A stretch of DNA of 63,949 nucleotides, counting the filler, from Octopus bimaculoides (Eukaryota): the NCBI RefSeq assembly GCF_001194135.2. It is 5 parts of 4 records of this genome, joined end to end, with 100 filler letters (N's around TTAATTAATTAA, not from the genome) between each part and the next. Parts side by side here need not be neighbours in the genome. Positions count along the whole stretch, not along the records: positions 4,717 to 32,240 come from NC_068984.1; positions 32,341 to 60,524 come from NC_068995.1; 3 more parts are not named here. One strand, 5' to 3'. A model generated the notes under the pieces. The model worked only from the letters and a program-made list of their open reading frames with translations, made no database searches and had not been told where the DNA came from. A program made the position numbers and the translations under genes. This document shows, piece after piece, positions 24,535 through 37,370 of this stretch (position 1 is its first letter; every line of letters starts with the position of its first letter).

Positions 24535-26454
24535 TACATGTTCTTGTGAAACGCTTATCTATTTTAGACATATGAAAGGACATTAATAGCTACGAATAAA
24601 ACTAAACTGTACTCGTTTGGCCAGCTTAACGAAAAGTAAAAAAAATATATATATAAACTGAATAATGTAATTCGTTCATGTCCAACTCAGCTAATCGCAT
24701 CATATAATATTAAGCATAATTATTTGCTCATATATGATTATTTGAGCACTTTTCTCTCAAGTGGTTTTGGTAGTCTAAATATTTAACACATTATTATACA
24801 GAAAATATTTTTAACTATGCTAAATGGTGAGCAACAAATGCAGATAACAAAAGAAAAAAGCGGGTGTTTTTTTTTTTGTATGAAAATCTTTTTTTCTCTG
24901 TTGGTTGTAAACACGAAGCCACGTTGAAAGAATGGAGATATTTTACAACTTTTTGTCTATGATACTTCATGAGATATAATTGAACGTTTCTGCTGAAAAT
25001 ATATATAAAACACTAAAACCAAAAAATCGAAAAACAAAAGAAGTAAATCGGAAGTGAAAAAATAGAAGAGAAGCAAAACTTTTGATTAATAGATTGAATA
25101 AGACTAGCGAGAAAGAGAATAACTGTAGAGCTATTTTAGTACAACGTGTCTCTGAATAAATTTCTTAGCATGCTTTTAATGCAAATGGAAATGGCAACTG
25201 TAATACTTTCCATACAGATAATCAAGAGAACAGGGTGTGACTTCCATGACGTTTGTAGTCATGTCCTGCTCATACTGCAGAGAATAGTCTAGCTAGAGAT
25301 TGAGTCAGTTCATATCTAGTTCAGTTGAAATTCTGAGTGTAGGGTTAGGGCTCAGGAATTTTCTTAACTGCAGAGTTTGACGCAGTTGATGCTCCTGTTG
25401 CAATTACTGGCTCAGTTATTACCCTGATTGTTACGAGTGCGCTCGATGATTGCTTATACAGCAGAGTTTTGGCTTTGCTGATGCTCAAAAAGTAGAGACT
25501 CGTGTTGTCGATGCTGTGACTCTATAGTTTCAGCGTCTTTTCGGGACACAGAAATTAGTTCAGCTTATACCATGATCACAAGGATTGGCTCAGTTTAGAG
25601 AATGAATCCAATGGTTCCCGATACTACATACATTGGCTCATCTGAAACCCATATTGCAGAGATTGGCTTGGGTGATCTCAGACGTAATATCCGCAAAGAA
25701 ATTTCTTTATTAACCACGCAGGATGAGGGAACTGGATCCAAATGACAACGAAATGGATGTCGATTATGCCTTGGTTTTAAACTGAGCGCCATGTTAGATC
25801 TACCATCTAACAGGTGCGAGTTCTATGCATGTGATGGTGAAGAAGAATATAAAATCCAACCTAGCTCAAGGCAGCTCGAAAAGTAGGGACTTTATTCATG
25901 ATAATTATGATAATGATTATGACGATGATAGTAATGATATTAATGATAATAAAGTGGAAGCGACAGATGTGAGAAAACATCTTTTGTCTTCACTTTTTCA
26001 GTCTTTAGACAGCAACCATCTTGGTGCACCACCTTCAAGGGTTTTAGGCAAACGAATCCATCCCATTGCCAATTTTTAAAGCCTGGCATTTATTCTGTCA
26101 ATGTCTTTACGGGTATGTAAAGAATCGAACATTAATTGTGAAGTGATGATGGTGGACAAACATGAACACAAATACACTTATACATATACACACGCCCATA
26201 CATATATGCATACATACATATTTACATACATAAATATCCATATCTTCTCTCTCTCTCTGTATATATATACATAAATATACATATATATGCACACACACAC
26301 AACCCCCCCCCATATATNNNNNNNNNNACATAAATATCCATATCTTCTCTCTCTCTCTGTATATATATACATAAATATACATATATATAGTTTCCAAAAA
26401 AACACAAAAAAAAACAATAACAAAAAACAACAAAGTGAGGACGTGATACAGATA

Positions 26455-26660
26455 GTGTTATTGGACGCTCGGGAAAGGAAGGAGAGAGAGCATGACGTTT
26501 CGGGCGGAGCCCTTCGTCGGAAAGACAGAAAGTTCGGTGAATGGAAAAACGGAGGAAGAGGAAAATGGCACCGATGCCCACGAGGTTACATTGTGAAAGG
26601 ACCGAAAGAGGAGGTGGTGGGGAAAAAGTTCTTTCTAAGACAGGAGAGTGAAAAACGGAG
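26455..26660 (-). mobile_element. Penelope-like terminal fragment with minimal hammerhead-like motif
   Basis: Minus strand CCGACGA-A-GGGC-TCC-GCCC-GAAAC-GTC at 26520-26494. Confidence 0.5.
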
Positions 26661-27074
26661 GTGAATATCTGTGCGTGCGCGAGAGTCTGCGAGTGTGTGA
26701 GTGATAACAGAACGTGTGTGTGCGTATGTATGTGTGTGCGTATGTGTGTGTGTGCATGGTTTGGTGGTTTATCTGTTAGTGTGTGTGTTAGTGTGTGCGT
26801 GTGTGTGACGTAGTGGAAGGAATTAGTAGCAGGAATAGTTATTGGGTGCTTATGGACAGTGGTGAGTGGTGGGTCAGCAGGCAGTTTTTGAGTATGTGTG
26901 TGTTCGTGTGTGTGTTTGTGTGGGGTTGTAGGTGTTGGGTACGTGTGCGTGTGTGTGTGTATTTTGTACGTGCGCGTGTGTGTATGTGTATGTTTTTGTG
27001 CGTGCGTGTGTTTGTGTGTATGTGTATGTTGTGTATATGTGCGTTGCTGTGTACGTGTGTGTGCGTGCGTTTGC

Positions 27075-27140
<66 letters not shown>

Positions 27141-27157
27141 TGTGTATATGTGTACAT

Positions 27158-27310
27158 ACGATGGGTTCTGTCAGTTTTCGTCAACCAAGTCCAGATCGAT
27201 CATTGCGCTGAGGTTATAGTAGAAGGCACTTGCTTAAGGTGCCACCCAGTGGAACTGAACCTGGGACCATGTTGGGGAGCAAACTTTCTACCATACAACA
27301 CCTATTCTTA
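27158..27310 (-). mobile_element. OK-like SINE fragment
   Basis: tacgatgggttctgtcagttttcg...gttatagtagaaggcacttgcttaaggtgccac...ggaccatgttggggagcaaac. Confidence 0.8.
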
Positions 27311-28259
27311 CCACGCTGACACTCCTAAATAAATAAAATCAATATTTAATCTGCAAACAAATAAAACAGAAAACGAAGAACAAAAAATGATGAACACATT
27401 CACTAAATTTCTTCTGAGATGTTCACATGATTTTTTTAAAAAACTGATGCACTATGATATGAATTAGGGCAATTGACATGTTACAAATGTTGAGCTGTCG
27501 TTAAATTGGGGCCCGCATTAATTGAGTATAACTATGGTGCACTACAAAAATAATCCATGCTTTGCCTCTGCAAAAGAAAACTTTATATACCACTTTCATT
27601 TCTTAAATTACTTATTCCCCCATCCCTTACGTAATTATAGTTTGACATTGATTTTTATTTTGTGAGAATTCTGAAATTGTTGCATATTTTATTTTTCTTT
27701 CCTTTTTTTTTTCTTCCGCTTTTATCCTATGGGTTTCTAGATTTTTAATGGAAGTCATAATTTATACGACTTGGACGTTATAATCTGATAATTGTCGCTT
27801 AGAAAATTGGAACACTGAAAACACATTAACATTCAATAGCAAAAATGTTCACGTATTCACATGAATATACGGAAAAATGAAAGGCGATAATGCACAAGAG
27901 TAGTTTGTGTGCTTCTAGTATAAACAGAGACAGTGAAATATGGTACGTACACGTGCACGCACACATACAACTAAGCATATGTATCTTAGAAGTCTGCTTT
28001 CAGCTTACTATGGTGCTATACAGAGCCTGTAACCACATGCAATCGTTCAGTCAACCCTATGTCGAGTGCATCTTAATAGCTGTTGCAATGCAGCATATCT
28101 GAATAATATAGCTTGATTTTAAACAAAGCTTATATAGTGAATCTGTACTACCTATGTACGAACATATGCATGTTGAAACGTGTGCTGTAACATTTCCAAA
28201 AGCGGTTGGTCCCTCGCGGTTGTGAGCGTGCGTGCTCACCGCCTTGGACCTTTTCGGAA

Positions 28260-28880
28260 TTTCCTTTCTACGATAGGCATAAAACCTGAAATTTTGGGGA
28301 AGAGGCTAGTCGATTATATCCTCCCCAGTACATGGCTGGTACTTATATTATCGGCTTTTCACTCTTTCAGAGTCGAGAAAATAATTACCAGTTGAGCACT
28401 GGAGTCGATGTAATCGACTTATTACCGTCCCTCTGCCAATATTTACTTGGAAGTAAAGGAAGGCAACGAAATGGCAGAATCATTAGTATTCTGGACAAAA
28501 TGCTTAGTGATATTTTGTCTGTTTGTACGTTTGGAGTTCAAATTTCGCTGAAGTCGACTCTTCCTTTCATCCTTTCGGGGTCGAGAAAATAAGTACAAGT
28601 GAAATGCTGGAGTCGATGTAATCGACTTACTCGTTCCATGGAGGCGCACAGTTTAGTGGTTAGGGTGTTGGATTTATGATCGTAAGATTGTAGTTTCGAT
28701 TCCTGGACCGGGAGAGGCGTTGCTCCAGTACACTCAGCTGGCAAAAATGAGTAATTCTGCAATGGAGCGGCGTCCCGTCCAAGTGGGGAATATATACGCC
28801 ATGAAACCGGGAAACCGGTGCTTAAGAGTCTCTATAACTCAAAAAGCAGCTTTTCCTTTACTTACCCCTCACCCTCGAAA
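28260..28880. mobile_element. Nested cluster of Meta-like SINE fragments interrupted by a V-like SINE (28638-28817, +)
   Basis: Repeated gtcgactcttcctttcatcctttcggggtcgag / gtcgatgtaatcgactt motifs; ggaggcgcacagtttagtggttagg...gtttcgattcctggaccgg head. Confidence 0.75.
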
Positions 28881-29623
28881 CCTGGTAGTCTTATGTCAAA
28901 ATTTGAAACTAATATTTACTTGGTAGTTGTTTGTTTATTGCAATAGACAAAATATTCTAGGTTTGGTTTTTACTTACTTCATTACTCTATGAACTGAAAA
29001 TCTGTAAGGATCAGCTTTGACGTTAGTCTTCCTGAAATCCGCCGAAAAAAGTACTAGTGAAATACGATTTAATCGACAACACTGATTACTTTAAAATTTT
29101 TATGTTGAACCAAAAAATTAAGTCAAAAATTTCTTTATGACAAGCATGAATCGCTGTATTATTTAGGAACGTCACTTTTAGTAATACTAACTCATCAGTG
29201 AATACTTTACTTTTCATCTGGCAGTAATCAAAAAGAAGATGAATTAAATTTTCATACGTTTTCTTCTTCTAACAATACGAGCAAGTAGTCGCTCTGCTAG
29301 TCAGAAAATACTACAAATCCCCATCATGTTATACCGCAACATTTTACAAGGGACAATATTGCTATGGCGGGAATGCCTTTGATTATAATTCTGCTCAATC
29401 AAAGGTTTCTCGGAACAAAGGAAAATCATAAAGGCAATATCGTACAGAGCCAACATAATTTTTCATCCTTCGGGATTGTTAAAATACACAATCTTTCGAG
29501 GATGTTCAATGGAATATTACATTCGTGACATGATATATATTTCTTTCATATATATTTGAAAGGAGTAAATGATTGATGAATAATAATCACCTTTGTCGTT
29601 AAGCGAATGGTAGACAAATTATT

Positions 29624-29830
29624 TTACAGATAACTTTCTCCTGAAGGCTAAAATGACTTCAGCATGGCCAGCAAACCTCAAATTCATCAGATTTACAATA
29701 CTTCTATTGATTGGAATGACAGATTATACTTCTTCTAGCGTACCATTCTGTGTCACAGAACACTTGGTTGTTGATACTTATAGAATCTGGCTCACTCTTG
29801 CATTCGGATGGATTTGCGGTTTAGTCCCAA
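29624..29830 (+). pseudogene. Decayed YWTD-like relic (segment 5)
   Basis: After aaattattttacag: SIDWNDRLYFF*, EHLVVDT, ESGSLLHSDG in successive +1 frames, resembling IDW..RLYW and LVVD..SG.LYWSD. Confidence 0.3.
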
Positions 29831-29984
29831 ATTAAAGAGAGGGAGAGAGAGAAAGAGAGAGTGATACATCTTTTTCTATATACTATATATTGATTATATA
29901 AATCTTATATATACTATATGATATATAGATATATTATGTAAATTATATGTATAGTACATACATCTTATATATATAAATATTCAT

Positions 29985-30150
29985 AGGTGCAGGTATGACT
30001 GTGTGGTAAGAAGTTTGCTTCCTAAACACATGGTTCTAGGTTCAGACCTATTGCATGACACCTTGGGCAAGTGCCATCTACTGTGGCCTCACGACAACTA
30101 AAACCTTGTGAGTGGATTTGTTAGGGAAACAGAAAAACAGCCGTCGTGTA
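29985..30150 (+). mobile_element. OK-like SINE, 5' part
   Basis: aggtgcaggtatgactgtgtggtaagaag...ggttcagacc...accttgggcaagtgccatctactgtggcc...ccgtcgtgtata. Confidence 0.85.
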
Positions 30151-30474
30151 TATACACACAACCCCCCCCCCCACACATATATATATANNNNNNNNNNNNN
30201 NNNNNNNNNNNNNNNNNNNNNNNNNNNNNNNNNNNNNNNNNNNNNNNNNNNNNNNNNNNNNNNNNNNNNNNNNNNNNNNNNNNNNNNNNNNNNNNNNNNN
30301 NNNNNNNNNNNNNNNNNNNNNNNNNNNNNNNNNNNNNNNNNNNNNNNNNNNNNNNNNNNNNNNNNNNNNNNNNNNNNNNNNNNNNNNNNNNNNNNNNNNN
30401 NNNNNNNNNNNNNNNNNNNNNNNNNNNNNNNNNNNNNNNNNNNNNNNNNNNNNNNNNNNNNNNNATTTAATATC

Positions 30475-30595
30475 GAGCTTAATTTCAGGACCAGAGACAG
30501 ACGGTTCAAAAGAGAACGTTGTCAAGATATTTTTGTCTGCATTGATAAGATACCACCATTTACGTAGTTTCATCACTCGTGAAGATATACCGTAA
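30475..30595 (+). pseudogene. Decayed YWTD-like relic (segment 6)
   Basis: ISSLISGPETDGSKENVVKIFLSALIR resembles I.RA.+DGS..+V+. Confidence 0.2.
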
Positions 30596-30760
30596 GGGTA
30601 GCACATGAGGGAATTGTCCCACCTTTCGGTGATATGTTAAGATATGCTGCTTGTCGATAGATGGCTGTATTTGGACACTCTCTGACTTCCCGCGTATACG
30701 TGGGTATGCATGTATGTATGAATGCTGGACTGTATGTGTGCGTTTCTCTATATGTGCGTG

Positions 30761-30791
<31 letters not shown>

Positions 30792-32340
30792 GTGTGTGTG
30801 TGTATGTGTGTGTGTGTGTGCGTGTATGTGAGTATAACTTTCTACCTCGTGTACATGTGCCTATAGCTACACAAACGTGTATAAGTATCCATATATTTAT
30901 GTCCCTATATATGTTACACATATATAATACACGTTTTCTCTGACTCTCACACACACGCACACAAATACGTACATACATACATTCATACATACATGTGTGT
31001 GTGTGTGTGTTCTGCGTGTGTGACTATTTGTTTTTGTGGATATGTAGACGCATTAATATTCACATAATTAAGTGCAATTCATTAATACTTGAAAACAAAC
31101 AAACGACATATGCTGATATTTTCTATTGTCCTACTTTTTGTCTGCTTCTTTTCTTTTCAGATTTTGTTCAGATTTAATTTGTAAAAGTTAATGAATATGT
31201 ATGAGCAGGCTAATGGCAGTAATAACTTTCTTCATGTTAATAGACCAAGATACTAGTTGATTTTTTGTTACTGGAAATGTGCTGTGTACAAGCCCATCCA
31301 CTAGTAGCGCACAAACACTTACATTCTTATACACACAGTTATATCTTATGTATTTCGAAGATATATACATACTCATTTATTCACCCAGTCACTTATTTGG
31401 AAAGGAAAACGTTCAACACATTCATTCACAAACATAAACACATGAACTTAAATACATACACGTGTGCACATCTACATACTGATACGGACACAAACACACA
31501 AATTAACACTATTACACCTAGCTATATACCTACGTGTCTATATATGTATACGTATATGTGTGCGCGTGTGTGTACGTTGTGTGCATTTCTGTATACGTGT
31601 GTATTTGTGTAAATGTACATATGTGTTTACGTGTGCATATGTTTATATGCATATATGCCTCTATGTCTGTGTAAGTGTGCGCGTGTGTGTATTTGTAAAC
31701 ATGTGTAGGCGCACATATATGTGTGTGTTTATATGTATATGCACACATGTATGTGTGCGTGCATGCGGGCTTCTGAGCGTGCGTGTGTGTGCGTGTGTAT
31801 GTGTGTATGTGTGTATGTGCATGTGTGTGTGTGTGTGTGTGCGCGTTGCGCGTGTGTGAGTATAAATTCACATGTTTTCATCAAATTTCATTATATACTC
31901 ACGCGCATGCGGCCTTTTGTCTTTAGAGATGAATTGTTAACATCATAAAGAAATGTCGACTTGATACCTTCATATCATTATTACTTTATTTTTTCTTTTC
32001 CGATTTCCTTTTTACTTTCCGCTTTATTGTTTACATTAAAAAAAATCTATTCCACGGCATTATCCTGTATTTTATGAAGCACTTTCAAGACCTAGTTCAC
32101 AGGAAGTTAATTTATAAATAAGATAAAATAAATAAATAGTTATATAAAGAAACATAGAGCAGCAAAGACGTGGTAAAAAAAAAGCTACGCAGTAAAAGAA
32201 TACAACAGCAATGACAAAAACTAGTATATATATATATATANNNNNNNNNNNNNNNNNNNNNNNNNNNNNNNNNNNNNNNNNNNNTTAATTAATTAANNNN
32301 NNNNNNNNNNNNNNNNNNNNNNNNNNNNNNNNNNNNNNNN

Positions 32341-32626
32341 CTCCACAGACACGTGTACCCTTAACGTAGTTCTCGGGGATATTCAGCGTGACACAGTGTG
32401 ACAAGGCTGACCCTTTAAATTACAGGCACAACAGAAACAGGAAGTAAGAGTGAGAGAAAGTTGTGGTGAAAGAGTACAGTAGGGTTCGCCACCATCCCCT
32501 GCCGGAGCCTCGTGGAGCTTTAGGTGTTTTCGCTCAATAAACACTCACAATGCCCGGTCTGGGAATCGAAACCGCGATCCTATAACCGCGAGTCCGCTGC
32601 CCTAACCACTGGGCCATTGCGCCTCC
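32341..32626 (-). mobile_element. OR-like SINE, 3' end lost in a gap
   Basis: Intact head GGAGGCGCAATGGCCCAGTGGTTAGGGCAGCGGACTCGCGG; near-identical to the other copies. Confidence 0.92.
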
Positions 32627-33210
32627 AATCATACATACACATAATCATATACACACATATATAAGCCTAACCTTTTGCACATCCCACCTCTTTTTGTAGC
32701 TGGCTATTGCTTCTGATCCTTCACCCTACACACCAGATTTCATTAGAAAATTCTTTTTAAATCATGAAAAAAATTTTAAAAACATTTGAAATTGATTTTA
32801 TAACTTGAATTATTTAGTGTTGAACAATAAAAATTTACTATTTTATTCTCAATAAAAGCATTTTAAAATTAATACATGGTTTTAAAACGTCTAAAACAAC
32901 ATTAAAAGATTAAAATGTATTGATTAATGAAATCAAATTCTAAATATGATTAGATTATTAGAGATGCACACACATGCTAAGGTCTTGTGGTCCCCACCCT
33001 AAAAACTACTCGTTCCCCACCTCCAGCTTCACTATCGTTAGGAATCACTGCTATGCATACACGCACTCATACATACAAGCATACACACATATACACATGC
33101 TTATACATACGTACTTACGAACATACATACATTCATACATACATACATAGTTATATACGTACATACATACATACATACATACATACATACATACATACAT
33201 ACATGCATAC

Positions 33211-35024
33211 GCTTATACTTTCCGTAAACCTCTTGTCATTCATGTTAAGGAAGTCTGAAGGATATCTCACTGGTTCACAAGGAAACAGAAATACCAAAAT
33301 TACGCACCGTTTCTTTGTGGATGACTTAAAACTTTATGCAAAGAATATACAGGAGATGAAAAGAGCCTTGACCGAGTTACAACATTCTGAAGGGATGTAG
33401 AATTGGAGTTTGGTCAGTATAAATGTTGTTATATGGTTGTGAAAAGGGGGGAAAACTATAAACCAGACTAACATCTCCAGTAATGATTTGACTGTTACCC
33501 CTATATCTGACGAGGGATGTTACAGGTATTTGGATGAAAATATATCTTACAATGGCACCTGTAACAAAACACGTGTTACTAAAGAATATTACAATCGAAT
33601 AAAGAAGATTTGGACTTCAGACGTTTCTGTATTCAGTAAAACAGTGGCTTACAATATGTTTGCAGTGCCAGTACTCTTACCAACATTTGGGCTGCTTGAT
33701 TGGACGCTTGATGAGATCCGAGCCATTGATTTGAAAACCCGAAAAATACTAACTAGCACACATAATTTCCTCACCAAAAACGAAAACAAGGAGGAAGAGG
33801 CTTAACATCAATCCAAAATGCCTTTGAATGTCGCATCATATCCCTTCGGCAACATCATTTAACCACCAAGTGTCGAAGTGCATCCCTTGACCAAGTTTGC
33901 ATACATGAGGCTGATAACATCATAAGACTTGGTAGGCTGCTCCTTGTCTGATAACCTAGAATACATGCCCAAAGAACTCGCACGACTCTACCGCAATGTA
34001 TCATCAGATGAAAGGATGAGACTATATGAGCAGAAGACTATGCATGGACATGTTACTAGAATGCTCCGTGATGATAGTAACTTCGATCATCAAAGCAGTT
34101 AATCATGGACCAATAAGCGGATAACTACTTCCCACTTTGAAGGGTATGCGTTTGCAATCCAGGAACAGGAAATATCAACCAAGTACCTGATGCACAAAAG
34201 GGATAGAGATGCAGGTAAAGCAGTAAAGCCGTACCGATGAGACATGACGTTGTAGCTAGGATACTCTATAATGAAATCCGTCGGAAGGATAATCCCGTGG
34301 ACAAAGAAATAAGAACCCACAATATGGTAGAAGTCATAGCCACTCATATCAAAAAGGAATATTGGTAGAATATACCAGTGAAGACCTCAATAAAATGCAT
34401 GCATAACAAACCTGATATGATAATTTGGGATAGAGAAGAGAAACTGTGCACAGTTGTGGAAATTAGCTGCCCAGCGGATGTTAACATAAAACTGAAGATC
34501 AGTGAAAAAGAGAAACCTATGCTGAACTATTGAGGAATCTGCAGTTACTCTATCCAGATTACAAATTCAGGTTTATACCTGTAATCATTGGGGCCCTGAG
34601 GTATGTAACACACTGTCTAAATACCAATCTTAAGAAACCAGGCTTCTCAAAACCAGAAAGGAGAAAGCTAATTCGAAGACTACAGATCCAATTCATCTCT
34701 GGAACTATAAAAATCTGTAAAATTTTCGAGAAGTTTATCATTTAAATATATATGAGCATGTCTAGATATGCAATTATATGCATGAGAATAAATGCATAAA
34801 ACATGCAAATCTGGACATACATGCATACATACATACATACATACATACATACATACATACATACATACATACATACATACTCTGTGGTTGATGTTGAAAT
34901 TCCAATGAAGGCGCCTTGGATCTTGGTTAGAAACCGGTTCTTTCTCTATTGGCAAAAAATCTTGAAATAAACTGAATAATGATATACATACATACATACA
35001 TACATACATACATACATACATACA
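33211..35024 (+). mobile_element. R4-clade RLE non-LTR retrotransposon, 5'-truncated, flanked by (CATA)n
   Basis: RT HRFFVDDLKLYAK; FAVPVLLPTFGLLDWT; MHGHVTR; FAIQEQEISTKY; RHDVVARILYNEI; NKPDMIIWD...TVVEISCP; RFIPVIIGAL; 3' UTR ends gaataatgatat(ACAT)n. Confidence 0.88.
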
Positions 35025-37298
35025 TTAAAATGCCCGTTGGTAATAGCCAATTTTAAAATGGTATGTTTGAGTCTTAAAGTCACAAAAGTACCTCACGAGT
35101 CTTTGACGCTAAGTTGACATGTTCCGAGTTACGATGTAAGCCTGCGGGATTATTTTGGAACAAACTCGAACAAGTAGGAAATATCAGAAAAACCACTTAA
35201 AAGGCATTTTAACCAAGATATATCGATTGTTATAATGATAGAAAGATAGACAGATCGAGATGCATACAACAACAGATAGATAGACAAAAGCGGAAACAGA
35301 GGAAGGATGGATAATTCTATAGATAGATAAATAGATAACTAAGCAGATTAATAAATATGTAGGTAAAAATGTGTATAACAAGATACACAGATAGATAGAT
35401 GCATTAGTGTGCAAATAGATACATAGGCAGAGAGAAATTCATAGCTATGCACATAGATCTACTGATAGGTAAATCGATATATAGGAAAATCCTGAAATCT
35501 GTATTTACAGGTGATTGTTTGTGTTGGCAAATATAATCCAGAAGAGAGTTTGTATAAGAGTTCAGTGAGTTGGTTTTCCTCGAGGAAAGAAATAACCTAA
35601 CGATCTGGACATTTTCCTTCTTCGAGGAGGAAAAATATATATATATAGCTGTGTTGCTGCCTAGATTGTGAACTTGCATATGAGAGACAGTATGCAGAAA
35701 AAGATAGATGTATTGGAAATCTGTAGGAGAAGAGCGAGGAGAAAAAGCCACTGAGAGGTGGTATGAGTAGTGAGGGGACAGTACGATAGGTCAAGCAGTG
35801 AAGTGTGAGTTAAGAGCGAAGGGAACCAATATTTTTTCTTACAAGATCGAGGATAGTCGAGATGGGAGCTAGGGGATAAGTGACAATGAAAGGCAAGGGT
35901 TGGACAAGAGGACACACACACACAAACAAGATGGGAAGGACGAAGAGAGGGAAACGGAAAAGTAGATGCAGATAGCAGAGAAATGAGGTCAGGAAGAATG
36001 GGTAAAGATTGGTCAAAATTATAACAAAAAGAAAGAGACAGAAATAGAAAAATGAACCGAATGAATTGTAGTCTGTAACAAGAGAAGGAAATACGAGCGG
36101 AGGGTGGAAATGATATTCAACAGTAAAAAAAAAAAATAACTATAAGCATTGGACATATGCCTCAAATACTATGCACAATCAATCATATGCAGTGTATGCA
36201 CTAAATGGCAAGCGACATGCATACCAAAGCAAACCTTATGTCTACACATTCGTATAGACGCAAATAAATGAAATTCATACAAGAAAACAGTTTTGGGGCG
36301 TGGATGATAGTAGAGGGCAGAATCAGAAGAATTGCGGCTTGTATTTAGACCCTGTGGGGTAGATATCCGGAGACTCAAAATAAAGCATTGTTCTTTATAT
36401 CTGTGGTTCTCATATAAGGCCGAATAGAGAGGTGATCAGTCAAGTTACCGATTGCATTAGTGTTGGGTTATGGATTTGAAGATTCCATGGCTGATGCCAT
36501 AGATGTTCCGCAAATATTTGTTAAGTCCGTCTTCTAAATTATGCCCACTTAGCATGAATATATGTGCCCTGTGGAGCTATTAAACTAAGCAGTTTATTAG
36601 GTTAGAGGAGGTGCAATCACAGTGGTAAAACACGAGGACGCTAAACGTAAAGTATCTATAAAAGTAGCTCTAAGGAAGTTAAAGAGACAAGAAAGGCACT
36701 TCTGTTGGAAGTGGTGTGTCTGGAAGCGGGAGGACTCCTAACTTGAAGGTCTGGTGATTTTTCATCCTTTTTGAAAGATAGGATTGGAGACCGACAGAAA
36801 TAAGTATATAAATAAACAGAGAAACACTTAGAAATGTAGACAGGTACATAGGTAGATAGAGAGATAGCAAGGCATATATATACATATATTTATATATATG
36901 TATATATGTGTGTGAGACTCTGTGTGTGTATGTATTTGTGTGTGTGTGTGTGTGTTGTTGTTGTTGTTAGACAGACAGACGGATGGACATACAGAATGAT
37001 AGATAAAGAAGCTTACATATACTGACACGACACACATATACGCATATCCGCATATACACGTACATACACAGATACATTTGCACATGCATTTAAAGTGCCA
37101 AGGTTATTTAATTCATGTAACGAACACAAAAGAGGTAATTAAACATCCACAGAACGAACAGAACAATTCTACTCCATCTCCCAACACATCACAGATATTA
37201 TCATCATCACATCATCATCCGTGGTGATTTGTCCTCATTATCATTTTCACCATCATTGACAACAGCATCATTGACAACAGGGGCAGCGGCAGCAATAG

Positions 37299-37370
37299 AA
37301 GAAGAAGAAGAAGAAGAAGAAGAAGAAGAAGAAGAAGAAGAAGAAGAAGAAGAAGAAGAAGAAGAAGAAG
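37299..37370. repeat. (GAA)n microsatellite
   Basis: Direct. Confidence 0.97.

Noticed and set aside
25360-25460. Cadherin-like reading (SVITLIVTSALD)
   Set aside because: No DRE, DXNDN or other cadherin calcium-binding motifs
29653-29835. 60-aa ORF MTSAWPANLKFIRFTILLLIGM... resembling a signal-peptide protein
   Set aside because: Short, with no recognisable mature domain; better explained as an alternative frame of the YWTD-like relic or chance
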